Counted from the stretch's first letter, positions 1-11,135 are shown. The stretch: 63,372 nt of DNA from an uncultured Muribaculaceae bacterium (GCA_964370545.1 CAYJJQ010000004.1:1-63372), one strand, 5' to 3'. The notes: generated by a model not told the origin, from the sequence alone. Translations and numbers: made by a program.

Positions 1-1
1 A

Positions 2-442
2 ATAAATATAAGTGATTTAAATATTAAGAAGGAAATTATCATTAATGATAATTTCTCTTTTCCTCTAAATAAACATAATTCAATAAAAAGAGTTAATAAT
101 ATAGATTTTATTGGTAAACTATATTATAATATAGCAAATGAAATTGTTTTAGAAGGAAAGATGACTGGAGATATTATTTTAATAGATGCAGTCGATTTAA
201 GTGATATTAACTATAAAATTGATATAAATATTGAAGAAATTATAGAAAACTTTGATAAAGTACTTGATATTAATGCAATTTTGTGGGAAAATATTGTACT
301 GGAAGTACCTATTCGTTTTACTACTAAAGAACTTAGTGATTTAGAAGGTAATGGATGGAAGGTATTAAATGAAGAAGATAGTGATAATGCTATAGATCCT
401 AGACTTGAAAAACTTCAAGAACTATTTAAAGGTGGTGAATAA
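2..442 (+). CDS. YceD/DUF177-family protein, 5'-truncated by window edge
   Basis: The frame of the 161..442 ORF stays open back to base 2. It has an acidic C-terminus and sits directly upstream of rpmF, as in the conserved yceD-rpmF pair. Confidence 0.6.
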   Translation: MNISDLNIKKEIIINDNFSFPLNKHNSIKRVNNIDFIGKLYYNIANEIVLEGKMTGDIILIDAVDLSDINYKIDINIEEIIENFDKVLDINAILWENIVLEVPIRFTTKELSDLEGNGWKVLNEEDSDNAIDPRLEKLQELFKGGE

Positions 443-444
443 TA

Positions 445-630
445 ATGGCTGTTCAACAAAGAAGAGTAAGTAAAACAAGAAAAAGACAAAGATTAACACA
501 TATGAAAAAAGATGCTCCAACTGTAACTAAATGTACTAAGTGTGGTGCTGCTTTAAAACCTCATAGAGCTTGCGTTAAATGTGGGACTTATAAAGGTAAA
601 GAAGTAATTAAAGTATCTGAAGAAAAATAA
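445..630 (+). CDS. rpmF: 50S ribosomal protein L32
   Basis: 61 aa starting MAVQQRRVSKTRKRQR, with a CxxC...CxxC zinc ribbon (CTKCG...CVKCG). Confidence 0.9.
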   Translation: MAVQQRRVSKTRKRQRLTHMKKDAPTVTKCTKCGAALKPHRACVKCGTYKGKEVIKVSEEK

Positions 631-672
631 TTGTGTAAAGTTTTGTAAACAGAGAAAAAAACTTATAAAAAA

Positions 673-699
673 GGTAAATAATATATTTACTTTTTTTTT
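673..699 (+). terminator. Rho-independent terminator after rpmF
   Basis: Hairpin gtaaata/tatttac followed by a 9-T run. Confidence 0.55.
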
Positions 700-725
700 G
701 TTTTAAGGTATTATTAATGTATGCA

Positions 726-750
726 GTGGTAGACTGTGGGGGAAAGTGGG
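726..750 (+). promoter_or_regulatory. Candidate MraZ operator: three GTGG(T/G) direct repeats with 10-bp phasing
   Basis: GTGGT at 726, GTGGG at 736 and GTGGG at 746, immediately upstream of mraZ. This matches the phased GTGG-type repeats described for MraZ autoregulation. Confidence 0.45.
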
Positions 751-757
751 TAGTCAA

Positions 758-1195
758 ATGTTGATTGGTGAATTTCGTCATAACTTAGATGAAAAAAACA
801 GACTAGTAATACCTACTAAATATCGTGAAAAGCTTGGTAAAAATTTTATAATTACTAGAGGTATTGAAAAATGCTTATATGTTTATTCGTATACTGAGTG
901 GGAGATATTAGTAAAAAAACTAGAAACTTTATCTTTTACAAAAAAAGACGCCAGAACATTTACAAGAGCTTTTTTCTCAGGAGCAAGCGATTGCGGAATT
1001 GATAAAGCTGGAAGAGTCGTAATAACTGATAACCAAACTACTTATGCTAATCTAAATAAAGAATGTGTAATAGTGGGTGTTAATAATCGTTTAGAAATTT
1101 GGGATCAAGACTTATATGATAACTTTATGGAAGAAAATAAAGATGCAATGGAAGAAATAGCAGAGCATCTATTCGAGGTAAACAATGCATTATAG
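758..1195 (+). CDS. mraZ: Transcriptional regulator MraZ
   Basis: MLIGEFRHNLDEKNRLVIP... with a duplicated SpoVT/AbrB-like module. First gene of the dcw cluster. I prefer the ATG at 758 over the GTG at 746 (GGGGGAAAG RBS upstream). Confidence 0.9.
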   Translation: MLIGEFRHNLDEKNRLVIPTKYREKLGKNFIITRGIEKCLYVYSYTEWEILVKKLETLSFTKKDARTFTRAFFSGASDCGIDKAGRVVITDNQTTYANLNKECVIVGVNNRLEIWDQDLYDNFMEENKDAMEEIAEHLFEVNNAL

Positions 1196-2096
1196 TGTTA
1201 TGTTAAATGAAACGATAGATAATCTTAATATAAAGCCTGATGGCATTTATGTAGATGGTACAGTTGGTTATGCAGGTCATAGTAAGAAAATATTAGAAAA
1301 ACTTACTACTGGTCATTTATATGGTTTTGATCAAGATATTAAAGCTATTAATCATAGCAATGAGTTACTAAGTAAAATCAATAATAACTTTACTTTAATT
1401 CATACCAATTTTGAGAATTTAGTTACCGCTCTTGAAAAAGAGGGAGTTACTAAAATAGATGGTATTATACTAGACTTAGGGTTTTCATCACCTCAAGTTG
1501 ATGATCCTACTAGAGGTTTTTCATTTATGAATGATGGACCGTTAGATATGAGAATGAGTAATGGTGGAATAAGTGCTAAAGATATAATTGATACTTATGA
1601 AGAAGAAAAATTAACTGAAATATTTTATAGATATGGGGAAGAAAAATTATCTAAGCCTATAGCTAAAAAAATTGTTGAATGTAAAAATAATATTAATACA
1701 ACACTTGAGTTAGTAGAAACAATTAAAAGTGCTGTAGGAGCTAATTATTTTTATAAAAATCATCCTGATAGAAAAATATTTCAATCAATAAGAATAGAAG
1801 TTAATCGTGAACTTAAAGTATTAGAAACAGTACTTCATGATGTAACAAAGATATTAAATAGTGAAGGAAGAATATGTGTAATATCATTTCATTCGCTAGA
1901 AGATAGAATAGTAAAGACTATATTTAAAGAATATAGTGAAATAAATGAAATGGTTAGAGGGTTACCAGTAATACCAGAAGAATATAAACCTATTCTTAAA
2001 TTGGTGTTTAAAAATCCTCTTCTACCTACCATAAAAGAGTTGGAAGAAAATACTAGAAGTAAGAGTGCAAAATTAAGAGTTGCAGAAAGGCTATAA
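1185..2096 (+). CDS. rsmH: 16S rRNA (cytosine1402-N4)-methyltransferase
   Basis: HYSVMLNE...DGTVGYAGHS...DLGFSSPQVD...SFHSLEDRIVK motifs; follows mraZ. Confidence 0.9.
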   Translation: MHYSVMLNETIDNLNIKPDGIYVDGTVGYAGHSKKILEKLTTGHLYGFDQDIKAINHSNELLSKINNNFTLIHTNFENLVTALEKEGVTKIDGIILDLGFSSPQVDDPTRGFSFMNDGPLDMRMSNGGISAKDIIDTYEEEKLTEIFYRYGEEKLSKPIAKKIVECKNNINTTLELVETIKSAVGANYFYKNHPDRKIFQSIRIEVNRELKVLETVLHDVTKILNSEGRICVISFHSLEDRIVKTIFKEYSEINEMVRGLPVIPEEYKPILKLVFKNPLLPTIKELEENTRSKSAKLRVAERL

Positions 2097-2097
2097 A

Positions 2098-2397
2098 ATG
2101 AAATCAGCTAATACTAAAAAATTAAAATTGTTAAAAGGAGAAAAGATAATGTATTTGCTTTTAATGCTTTTAATTGTTATAATACCAGTAGTAAACATAT
2201 TTATACAGGGTATGCTTTCTGAAACTAATATAAAAAGAGAAGAGCTTGAATTTAAGATTGCTAGTCAAAAGCAAGTAAACGAAAGTTTATCAATGCAAGT
2301 AAATGAACTTACTAGTCTTCAAAATATTCAAGCTGTAGCAGAAACTTATAACCTTACCCATGTAAATGGAAATATAAAAGATATTGAAAGTGAGTAA
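2098..2397 (+). CDS. ftsL: Cell division protein FtsL-like (single TM plus coiled coil)
   Basis: Small bitopic protein between rsmH and the PBP gene. The ATG at 2098 has a GAAAGG RBS. The ORF track's start at 2080 is a TTG inside rsmH. Confidence 0.6.
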   Translation: MKSANTKKLKLLKGEKIMYLLLMLLIVIIPVVNIFIQGMLSETNIKREELEFKIASQKQVNESLSMQVNELTSLQNIQAVAETYNLTHVNGNIKDIESE

Positions 2398-2400
2398 TAA

Positions 2401-4482
2401 ATGAAAAAAAGAGTAACCGTTAGCACATATAAATTATTTGCCCTAGCTGTTATTCTTTTTTTAATTGTTGCAATTACTAGGTTAGGAATTGTAGCACTTG
2501 CCAGTCAAGTTGATGGTATGAATATAGATGCTTTTGCTAAATCAAGAAATACTGTTTCTAAGACGCTTTATGCCGATAGAGGGGTAATATATGATGTTAA
2601 TGGAGAAATACTTGCTCAGACGGTTAATTCATATACAGTAATAGCTTTTTTAGAAGAATCAAGAACTGAAAGTGAAGATAATATAAGGCATGTTATAAAT
2701 AAAGAAGAGACTGCTAAAGCATTAGCGCCGATACTTGAGATGACAGAAGAAAGAATATTAGAACTTTTATTAAGAGATAAATATCAAGTTGAGCTTAAAC
2801 AAAATATTACTGAACTTACTAGAAGTAAAATAGAAGAACTTAATTTAGATGGAATAGGTTTTTCAGAAAGCTCTACTAGATATTATCAATCTGGTACTTT
2901 TGCATCTTATATAGTTGGTTATGCTAAACCTAATTCTGAGGGAATAATAACAGGTGAGCTTGGTATTGAAAGTTTTTATAATGATGAACTTAAAGGTATA
3001 GATGGTGAAACAACATATGAAAAAGATCTGTATGGTTATAAAATACCTAACTCACCAGAACATACTATCGATCCTATTTCAGGATCAGATGTATATTTAA
3101 CTATTGATAGTAGTATTCAATTAATACTTGAAAATGCTATTAATGATATATCTAAATTATCTCATGAATGGGCTATTATGACAGTTATGGATGCTAATAC
3201 AGGTGCTATAGTAGGATCTGCTACTAGTCCATCTTTTAATCCTAATGATCTTAATACTATAGATAGTTATTTAAATCCTTTAGTAAGTTATCAGTATGAG
3301 CCTGGTTCTACAATGAAAACATTCTCATTTGCAGCAGCAATAGAAGAAGGTATTTATAATGGTAGTGATACTTTTAAATCCGGATCTATTGATGTAGCAG
3401 ATGTAACTATTAGTGATTATAATGATATAGGTTGGGGTGATATATCTTATGATACTGGTTATGCTTATTCATCAAATGTAGCAACTACGCTTCTTGCATT
3501 AGACTTAGGAACTCCTACGCTAACTGATTATTATTATTCTTTAGGATTTGGTACTAAAACAGGTATAGAATTATCTGGAGAACTTGCAGGAGAAATTAAT
3601 TTTTATTACCAATCAGAGCTTGCTAATGCAGCGTTTGGTCAAGGTATTGCTGTAACGCCTATACAGCTTTTACAGGCATACACAACTATTACAAATAATG
3701 GTGTTATGATAAAACCATATATAGTTGATAAAGTAGTAGATTATAATGGTAATGTTGTGTATGAAGGTAGTAGAACTGAAATAGAAAAAGTATATTCTAA
3801 AGATACAATGGACTATATGCAAAACTTAATGTATGATGTTGTATATAATGGGACTACTAAATATTATCAAACAGATAATGTAACTATTATAGGAAAAACT
3901 GGTACTGCTCAGATAGCATCACCTAATGGTGGTTATTTAACTGGTGATAATGAAGTTATTAGAAGTTTTATGAGTGTTTTTCCAAAAGAAGAACCTAAAT
4001 ATATATTATATGTAGCAACCTCTAAATATGTAGGAGGTAATGTTAATTTAGCAGCAGCAACTACTAATGCTATAGAAGAAATAGCTAGTTATGCTAAAAT
4101 AACTGATGTAGTAGTTGATCATAAAGTGAAAGAAACAATCTATTTAGAAAATTATATTAGTGCTAATACTAATGAAACAGTAAAAAATTTAGAAAGCATT
4201 AATTTAAAACCGATAGTTATTGGAACTGGTAATTATATTATTAACCAGTACCCATATAAAGACTTAACTGTATTTGAAGGAGATAAAATATTTCTTAAAA
4301 CTAACTCAACATCCTTCACTATGCCAGATTTAACTGGCTATAGTGCCTCTGATTTAAAAACTGTAACCAGTTTTTTAAATCTAACTTATCAAGCAACAGG
4401 ATATGGTTATGTTAGTACTCAAAGTATACCAGTAGGAACTATCTTAACTGAAGATTCTTTATTAGAAGTGGAGCTTCAATAA
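2401..4482 (+). CDS. Class B penicillin-binding protein (PBP2B/FtsI-like) with C-terminal PASTA repeats
   Basis: N-terminal TM; motifs STMK, SSN and KTGTA; two PASTA-like C-terminal modules. Confidence 0.85.
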   Translation: MKKRVTVSTYKLFALAVILFLIVAITRLGIVALASQVDGMNIDAFAKSRNTVSKTLYADRGVIYDVNGEILAQTVNSYTVIAFLEESRTESEDNIRHVINKEETAKALAPILEMTEERILELLLRDKYQVELKQNITELTRSKIEELNLDGIGFSESSTRYYQSGTFASYIVGYAKPNSEGIITGELGIESFYNDELKGIDGETTYEKDLYGYKIPNSPEHTIDPISGSDVYLTIDSSIQLILENAINDISKLSHEWAIMTVMDANTGAIVGSATSPSFNPNDLNTIDSYLNPLVSYQYEPGSTMKTFSFAAAIEEGIYNGSDTFKSGSIDVADVTISDYNDIGWGDISYDTGYAYSSNVATTLLALDLGTPTLTDYYYSLGFGTKTGIELSGELAGEINFYYQSELANAAFGQGIAVTPIQLLQAYTTITNNGVMIKPYIVDKVVDYNGNVVYEGSRTEIEKVYSKDTMDYMQNLMYDVVYNGTTKYYQTDNVTIIGKTGTAQIASPNGGYLTGDNEVIRSFMSVFPKEEPKYILYVATSKYVGGNVNLAAATTNAIEEIASYAKITDVVVDHKVKETIYLENYISANTNETVKNLESINLKPIVIGTGNYIINQYPYKDLTVFEGDKIFLKTNSTSFTMPDLTGYSASDLKTVTSFLNLTYQATGYGYVSTQSIPVGTILTEDSLLEVELQ

Positions 4483-5066
4483 TGAAAAAGTTAATTATAA
4501 GTATTATTTTTTTAATACTATTCATTATAGCTACCACTTTTAAAGATGTATTTTTAAGTCTTGATACCACCATTATGAATTATATGATTGAAATTAATAG
4601 TGAAAATCTCACGACTATCTTTAGTGTTATTACCCAGTTTGGTGGTGGGGTAGTATTAATTATTTTGACTTTAATATTAGGTTTTATATATAAAAAGAAG
4701 TTTCCTTTAATAGCTTCTACTTTAGCTTTTTCTTTTTTGTTAAATGAATTATTTAAAAATGTTATAAGAAAAGCAAGACCTGAGTATGCTTTAAGTTTAG
4801 AACATGGGTTTTCATTTCCGAGTGGACATTCGATGGTAAGTATGTCATTTTATGGAATTTTGATATATTTGATTTTTCAAAGTAAACAAAAAATGGTGTA
4901 TAAAATCGTAGAAAGTAGCATACTGATATTGCTAGTTTTAAGTATAGGTTTTAGTAGGTTGTACCTAAGAGTACACTACTTTAGTGATGTGTTATATGGT
5001 TTAGTATTAGGAATGATATTTTTGAATATTTTAATAAATGTAAAAAACAACTTTTTTAAAAAATGA
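4482..5066 (+). CDS. PAP2-family phosphatase (undecaprenyl-diphosphatase-like membrane protein)
   Basis: KxxxxxxRP (KARPEY), PSGHS and SRLYLRVHYFSDV motifs; polytopic membrane protein. Confidence 0.75.
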   Translation: MKKLIISIIFLILFIIATTFKDVFLSLDTTIMNYMIEINSENLTTIFSVITQFGGGVVLIILTLILGFIYKKKFPLIASTLAFSFLLNELFKNVIRKARPEYALSLEHGFSFPSGHSMVSMSFYGILIYLIFQSKQKMVYKIVESSILILLVLSIGFSRLYLRVHYFSDVLYGLVLGMIFLNILINVKNNFFKK

Positions 5067-5122
5067 GTTGTTTTTTTTATTTTTTTGTTGTAAAATTATT
5101 ATACCTAAGATAGGAGTTAGTA

Positions 5123-7348
5123 ATGGAAGTAAATAAATTTAATGAAGGTAAATGGACTACAGAAATAAATGTAGATGATTTTATTCAAAGTAATTATATA
5201 AAATATGATGGGGATAAATCATTTTTAAGTGAAGCAACAGATAAAACTAATATATTAGTTGATAAATATGAAAGTTTATTAGTAGAAGAACTTAAAAATG
5301 GTGTTTTAGATATAGATACCGAAAATATTAGTGGAATTAATTCGTTTAAACCGGGTTATATAGATAAAGAAAACGAAATAATAGTGGGTCTTCAAACCGA
5401 TAAACCTTTAAAAAGAATTTATCAACCTTTTGGAGGAATTAGAACTGCTAAAGGTGCCATGGAAGCTTATGGTTATAGTTTTGATGAAACTAAAGAAAAT
5501 TTTTTAGAACAATATGTTAAAACTCATAATGATGGAGTATTTTCAGCATACGATGAAGATATAAGAAAAGCTAGAAAAGTAGGTCTTATTACAGGTCTTC
5601 CAGATGCTTATGGCAGAGGAAGAATTATTGGTGATTACAGAAGAGTAGCTTTATATGGTATAGATAGATTAATGGAAGAAAAATCTAAAGACTTTAAAAA
5701 ATATACTTCATATGATATGAGTGATGAATTAATCCGTTTAAGAGAAGAAATATTTGAGCAACATAAAGCATTAGCAGAAATAAAGGAAATGGCTTTAAGC
5801 TATGGTTTTGATATTTCAAAACCCGCATGTAATGCCCGTGAAGCAGTGCAGTGGACATACTTTGGATATTTAGCTGCCGTTAAAGAAAATAACGGAGCTG
5901 CTATGAGTTTAGGACGCATTGATGCTTTCTTAGATATATATATAGAAAAAGATTTAAAAGAAGGTATTATAACTGAAAAAGAAGCTCAAGAATTAATTGA
6001 TCAATTAGTAATTAAATTAAGATTAGTAAGACATTTAAGAACTCCTGAATATGATGAATTATTTACAGGAGATCCTACATGGGTAACTTGCTCTATAGGT
6101 GGTATTAATTTAAAAGGTGAGTCAATGGTTACTAAAACAGCATATAGAATGCTTCATACTTTAGTTAACTTAAAACCGTCTCCTGAACCTAATATGACTA
6201 TACTTTGGAGTGAAAAACTTCCTAGTGATTTTAAAAAATATTGTTCAGAAATATCGATATTAACTGATTCAATACAGTATGAAAATGATGATTTAATGAG
6301 ACCAGTTTATGGTCATGATTATGCTATAGCGTGCTGTGTATCAGCAATGAAACTTGGTAAAGATATGCAATTTTTTGGAGCTAGATGTAACATTGCTAAA
6401 GCATTATTATACGCTATAAATGGTGGCATAGATGAAATAACAGGCGATGAAATAATAAGTGGTTTGTATCACTCGGATTCAATAATATTAGATTATGAAA
6501 AAGTTAAAGACGCATACTTTAATGTACTTGAAAAAGTATGTGCAACATACGCTAAAGCTATGAATATCATTCATTATATGCATGATAAATATGCTTATGA
6601 AAAAGCACAAATGGCTCTTCATGATTCAGTAGTTCATAGATATATGGCTTATGGTGTAGCTGGTTTATCAGTAGTGGCAGACTCATTATCAGCTATAAAA
6701 TATGCTAAAGTAAAACCAATTAGAAATGAAGAAGGCGTAGCAATAGACTTTGAAGTAGAAGGTGATTATCCAACATTTGGAAATGATGATGATAAGGTTG
6801 ATGATATAGCATTAGAAGTGCTTGAAAAAGTATCTAGTGAACTAAAAAAACATAAATGTTATAAAGATGCAGAGCCAACGCTTTCAGTTCTTACAATTAC
6901 ATCAAATGTAGTTTATGGTAAAAAAACAGGGTCTACTCCTGATGGAAGAAAAAAAGGCGTTCCTTTTGCTCCCGGTGCTAATCCAATGCATGAACGTGAT
7001 ATAAAAGGTGCAATAGCATCATTAAATTCTGTTGCTAAAATAAATTACGAAGCTTGTTGTAAAGATGGGATTTCAAATACATTTTCAATAATGCCGGATT
7101 CACTTGGTAAAGATAGAGAAACTCAAACTCAAAATTTAGTATCTTTATTAGATGGTTACTTTAAAAAAGGTGCTCATCATTTAAATGTAAATGTTCTTAC
7201 AAGAGAAACTTTAATAGAAGCTATGAATAATCCTTCTAAATATCCACTACTTACTATTAGAGTATCAGGGTACGCAGTTAGATTTAATAGACTTACTAAA
7301 GTTCAACAAGAAGAAGTAATTAAGAGAACTTTTCATGACAAAATGTAA
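5123..7348 (+). CDS. pflB: Formate C-acetyltransferase (pyruvate formate-lyase)
   Basis: 741 aa with the glycyl-radical motif RVSGYAVRF and the active-site CC (IACCVSAM). Confidence 0.95.
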   Translation: MEVNKFNEGKWTTEINVDDFIQSNYIKYDGDKSFLSEATDKTNILVDKYESLLVEELKNGVLDIDTENISGINSFKPGYIDKENEIIVGLQTDKPLKRIYQPFGGIRTAKGAMEAYGYSFDETKENFLEQYVKTHNDGVFSAYDEDIRKARKVGLITGLPDAYGRGRIIGDYRRVALYGIDRLMEEKSKDFKKYTSYDMSDELIRLREEIFEQHKALAEIKEMALSYGFDISKPACNAREAVQWTYFGYLAAVKENNGAAMSLGRIDAFLDIYIEKDLKEGIITEKEAQELIDQLVIKLRLVRHLRTPEYDELFTGDPTWVTCSIGGINLKGESMVTKTAYRMLHTLVNLKPSPEPNMTILWSEKLPSDFKKYCSEISILTDSIQYENDDLMRPVYGHDYAIACCVSAMKLGKDMQFFGARCNIAKALLYAINGGIDEITGDEIISGLYHSDSIILDYEKVKDAYFNVLEKVCATYAKAMNIIHYMHDKYAYEKAQMALHDSVVHRYMAYGVAGLSVVADSLSAIKYAKVKPIRNEEGVAIDFEVEGDYPTFGNDDDKVDDIALEVLEKVSSELKKHKCYKDAEPTLSVLTITSNVVYGKKTGSTPDGRKKGVPFAPGANPMHERDIKGAIASLNSVAKINYEACCKDGISNTFSIMPDSLGKDRETQTQNLVSLLDGYFKKGAHHLNVNVLTRETLIEAMNNPSKYPLLTIRVSGYAVRFNRLTKVQQEEVIKRTFHDKM

Positions 7349-8051
7349 TGTTGCTAGTATAGATAGTATAGAAACAATGGGTATGCTTGATGGTCCTGGA
7401 ATAAGAACTATAGTGTTTTTTAACGGATGTAACTTAAGATGTAAATATTGTCATAATCCTGAAATGCAAACTATGAAAAGTACTAATACTACTTTAGAAG
7501 AATTATATGATGAAATAATGAAAAATAAAGAGTATTTTGGAGATAAGGGTGGTGTTACTTTTTCCGGAGGAGAGCCTTTATTACAATCTGATTTCTTAGT
7601 AGAGTTATCTAAAAAACTTAAAGAAGATAATATACATATAGCTCTTGATACAGCCGGGACTGTACCTTCATTTAATGAAAAACTACTTGAATATATAGAC
7701 TTAGTTATTTTAGATGTTAAAGCTTTAGAAGAAGAAACTTTTAAAGATTTAGTTAATTTTGATATTAAATATTATTACTATTTTTTAGATAAACTAAAAA
7801 AGTATAATAATAAATTATGGATTAGACAAGTAATAATACCTGATGTAAATGATAATTATGATTATATAAATAAATTACATTTATTTTTAAAAGATATACC
7901 TAATATAGAAAAAATAGAGTTCTTGCCATATCATAAGTATGGTGATGAAAAATATATTAAACTAGGAATAAATAATCCATATAAAGATAAAGAAAGTATG
8001 GACATAAATAAATGTAATGAGTTATATGAATATTTTAAGAAAATAGATTAA
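7335..8051 (+). CDS. pflA: Pyruvate formate-lyase activating enzyme (radical SAM)
   Basis: [25 protein letters not shown] radical-SAM cluster motif; overlaps the pflB stop. Confidence 0.9.
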   Translation: MTKCNVASIDSIETMGMLDGPGIRTIVFFNGCNLRCKYCHNPEMQTMKSTNTTLEELYDEIMKNKEYFGDKGGVTFSGGEPLLQSDFLVELSKKLKEDNIHIALDTAGTVPSFNEKLLEYIDLVILDVKALEEETFKDLVNFDIKYYYYFLDKLKKYNNKLWIRQVIIPDVNDNYDYINKLHLFLKDIPNIEKIEFLPYHKYGDEKYIKLGINNPYKDKESMDINKCNELYEYFKKID

Positions 8052-8091
8052 TTTCTATTTTTTTTATGAATATAATTATTTAGGAGAAAAT

Positions 8092-9996
8092 ATGTTTTTA
8101 AATAACGTTCATATAAGAATTAGATTTATATTTGCAGTAATAGTAATATGTTTAATAATCGTTATAGGAAGAGTATTTTATATACAAGTATTTGCATATA
8201 ATAAACTTAATACACTAGCAGAAAGTTTATGGAGTAGAAATCTTCCAGTAGAAGCAGATAGAGGATTAATATTAGATAGAAATGGTAATATACTAGCTGA
8301 AAATATTACTACTACTTCTTTAGTAGTAGTTCCTAATCAAATAGTTTCTAAAGAAGATGCTGCTAGTAAGATAAGTGAAATATTAGATGTTCCTTATGAT
8401 GATTTACTAGCACATTTTTCTAAAAATGTATCTATTGAAAGAGTTCACCCAGAGGGTAGGCGTTTAGATTATGAAACTGCTGAGGCTATAGATAATTTAA
8501 ATCTAGATGGAATATATTTATTAAAAGAATCTCAAAGATATTATCCCTATGAAGAAGCTTTATCTCATGTACTTGGTTATGTGGGAATTGATAATCAAGG
8601 ATTATCTGGTCTAGAGCTTTATTACGATGAATATTTAACAGGTGAAAATGGTTCTATAAAATACTTTTCAGATGGAAAAGGAAATAAATTAGAACTTGCA
8701 GAAGTATATGAATCTCCTGTAAGTGGAATAACTATACAAACTACTTTAGATTTAGATTTGCAATTAGCAGTTGAAAATGAACTTGATATAATAATGGACA
8801 AATATAATCCTAAAAGTGCTATGATTATGGCTATGAATCCTAATACAGGAGAAGTATTAGCCATAGGGTCAAGACCAGGTTTTAATCCTAATACATATCA
8901 AGATTATAGTAGTGAAGTAATAAATAGAAATATGCCCATATGGGCCACCTTCGAGCCAGGTTCAACATTTAAAATTATTACATTAGCAGCCTCTCTTGAA
9001 GAACAAAAAATCAACTTATTTGAAGATAATCATTATGACACTGGTAAAATAAATGTTGAAGGATCTACACTTCACTGTTGGAAAACAGGAGGGCATGGCG
9101 AGCAAACATACTTAGAAGTTGTAGAAAATTCTTGTAATACAGGATTTGTAGTTATGGGTCAGCAATTAGGTACTAATTTATTAATGGAGTATGTTTCAGA
9201 TTTTGGTTTTGGTACTAAAACAGGTATAGATTTAAATGGTGAATCTAAAGGTATACTTTTTGATGTAGAAGATATGGGACCTTTAGAAACAGCAACCACT
9301 GCCTTTGGTCAAGGAGTTTCAGTTACTCCTGTTCAGCAAGTTAATGCGTTGTCAGCCGCTATAAATGGAGGAACGTTATACACTCCTTATATTGTTTCAT
9401 CATTTTTAGATCCCGAAACTAATTCAGCATTAAAAATAATAAATCCAACAGCAGTAAGAACAGTTATTAGTGAAGAAACTTCTCAGTTAGTAAGATACGC
9501 TCTTGAAAGTGTAGTAGCAAATGGAACAGGTAAAAATGCATATATAGAAAATTATAAAGTGGGTGGAAAAACCGGTACTGCGCAAAAAGTAGTAGATGGG
9601 GTATATTCTAAAACAGAATATATATTATCATTTATTGGCTTTATGCCAGCTGATGATCCTGAAATAGTATTATATGTAGCAGTTGATAGTCCAAGTGGTG
9701 TAGTTCAGTATGGTGGTACAGTAGCAGCTCCAGTAGCTCAAAGTGTATTTACAAGTGCAATAGATATATTAGATATAAAACCAGCAGATGATGTACTTCC
9801 TAAAGAATATACTTGGCTTGATGAAAAATATATAAAGATGCCATGTGTAACTGGCGAGAGTTTGGATGATGCTAAAAAAATATTAAATAATTTTAAATTA
9901 GAGTATTCAGGTAATGGTAATGAAGTATTTTATCAAAGTCCAGTATGTGGTTCTTATGTAAAAGAAAATAGTACTGTATTACTCCAGTTAAATTGA
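8092..9996 (+). CDS. Class B penicillin-binding protein (SpoVD/FtsI-like) with one PASTA domain
   Basis: N-terminal TM; motifs STFK, SCN and KTGTA; C-terminal PASTA. Confidence 0.85.
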   Translation: MFLNNVHIRIRFIFAVIVICLIIVIGRVFYIQVFAYNKLNTLAESLWSRNLPVEADRGLILDRNGNILAENITTTSLVVVPNQIVSKEDAASKISEILDVPYDDLLAHFSKNVSIERVHPEGRRLDYETAEAIDNLNLDGIYLLKESQRYYPYEEALSHVLGYVGIDNQGLSGLELYYDEYLTGENGSIKYFSDGKGNKLELAEVYESPVSGITIQTTLDLDLQLAVENELDIIMDKYNPKSAMIMAMNPNTGEVLAIGSRPGFNPNTYQDYSSEVINRNMPIWATFEPGSTFKIITLAASLEEQKINLFEDNHYDTGKINVEGSTLHCWKTGGHGEQTYLEVVENSCNTGFVVMGQQLGTNLLMEYVSDFGFGTKTGIDLNGESKGILFDVEDMGPLETATTAFGQGVSVTPVQQVNALSAAINGGTLYTPYIVSSFLDPETNSALKIINPTAVRTVISEETSQLVRYALESVVANGTGKNAYIENYKVGGKTGTAQKVVDGVYSKTEYILSFIGFMPADDPEIVLYVAVDSPSGVVQYGGTVAAPVAQSVFTSAIDILDIKPADDVLPKEYTWLDEKYIKMPCVTGESLDDAKKILNNFKLEYSGNGNEVFYQSPVCGSYVKENSTVLLQLN

Positions 9997-10066
9997 TGTA
10001 AAGTTTAAAAACTAGATTTATATTATATTATAATTATAGTATAATAAAAGAGAAAGAGGTGGATAT

Positions 10067-11053
10067 ATGTTAATACTTGCAAAAGCAGCAATGGCTATGA
10101 TGATGGGATTTATCTTAGCAATCATTTGTGGTATTTTATTTATACCAATGCTTAAGAAAAAGAAAATAGGACAAACAGTAAGTGCTCTTATAAATATAAG
10201 GCATCAAGAAAAAAATGGAACTCCTACAATGGGAGGAATAATATTTATAGTTCCTGTTTTATTATCTTTGATTTTATTATTTATTAATGGTAGTATGGAG
10301 TTTAGTTATAATTTAGGAATATTAATATTTGTATTTTTAGCTTATGCTGGACTAGGTTTTGTAGATGATTATTTGAAAGTTTATAAAAAAAATAATGGTG
10401 GTTTATCACTTGTTACTAAATTTTTAGTACAAATGATTATAGCTTTAATATTTTTCTTCTTATACTTACAAGGTGGAGGAAATCCTAATGTTACATTTTT
10501 AAGTTATTCAATCCCCCTTAGTTGGTTCTTTGGTATATTTATACTTATTGTGCTTGTAGGTACAAGTAATGCAATTAATATAACTGATGGTCAAGATGGA
10601 TTAGCAGGAGGACTTAGTTTAATTGCTTTCTTAGCTTATGGTATTATTGCTTGGAATTGTGGATGGCTTGAAGGTTATGAAGAAATAGCGATATTTTGTT
10701 TCGTATTAGTAGGATCATTAATGGGCTTTTTAATTTTTAATACACATCCGGCTAAAGTGTTTATGGGGGATTTAGGCTCGCTTGCACTTGGTGGTGCACT
10801 TGCAACTATTGCTATTATAACTAAGCATGAATTTTCACTAGTTTTAATTGGTGGGGTATTTGTTATAGAGACACTTACCAGTTTAATGCAGATTATATCA
10901 ATTAGAAAGTTTGGGAAAAAGATATTTAAGAAAGCTCCGCTTCATCACCATTTTGAAGAAATGGGCTGGCCAGAGCAAGATATAGTTAAATTATTTTGGA
11001 TAATTGGTTTAATACTTGCTATGCTAGCGATAACCTACGGAGTATGGTTATAA
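10067..11053 (+). CDS. mraY: Phospho-N-acetylmuramoyl-pentapeptide transferase
   Basis: Polytopic membrane protein with GTPTMGG, NAINITDGQDGLA and APLHHHFE motifs. Confidence 0.95.
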   Translation: MLILAKAAMAMMMGFILAIICGILFIPMLKKKKIGQTVSALINIRHQEKNGTPTMGGIIFIVPVLLSLILLFINGSMEFSYNLGILIFVFLAYAGLGFVDDYLKVYKKNNGGLSLVTKFLVQMIIALIFFFLYLQGGGNPNVTFLSYSIPLSWFFGIFILIVLVGTSNAINITDGQDGLAGGLSLIAFLAYGIIAWNCGWLEGYEEIAIFCFVLVGSLMGFLIFNTHPAKVFMGDLGSLALGGALATIAIITKHEFSLVLIGGVFVIETLTSLMQIISIRKFGKKIFKKAPLHHHFEEMGWPEQDIVKLFWIIGLILAMLAITYGVWL

Positions 11054-11100
11054 GATTGACACACTATTAAAGTTTATGTTAAACTTTAACTAGAGTTCTA

Positions 11101-11123
11101 AAGGACTTATAAGTCCTTTTTTT
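11101..11123 (+). terminator. Rho-independent terminator after mraY
   Basis: aaggactt/aagtcctt inverted repeat plus a T run. Confidence 0.65.
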
Positions 11124-11135
11124 ATAGGAGTTTAT

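Noticed and set aside
11054-11135. Possible T-box leader upstream of trpS
   Set aside because: The gap is only about 80 nt and is occupied by the mraY terminator hairpin. There is no specifier-loop or T-box (GGUGGUACCGCG-like) sequence.
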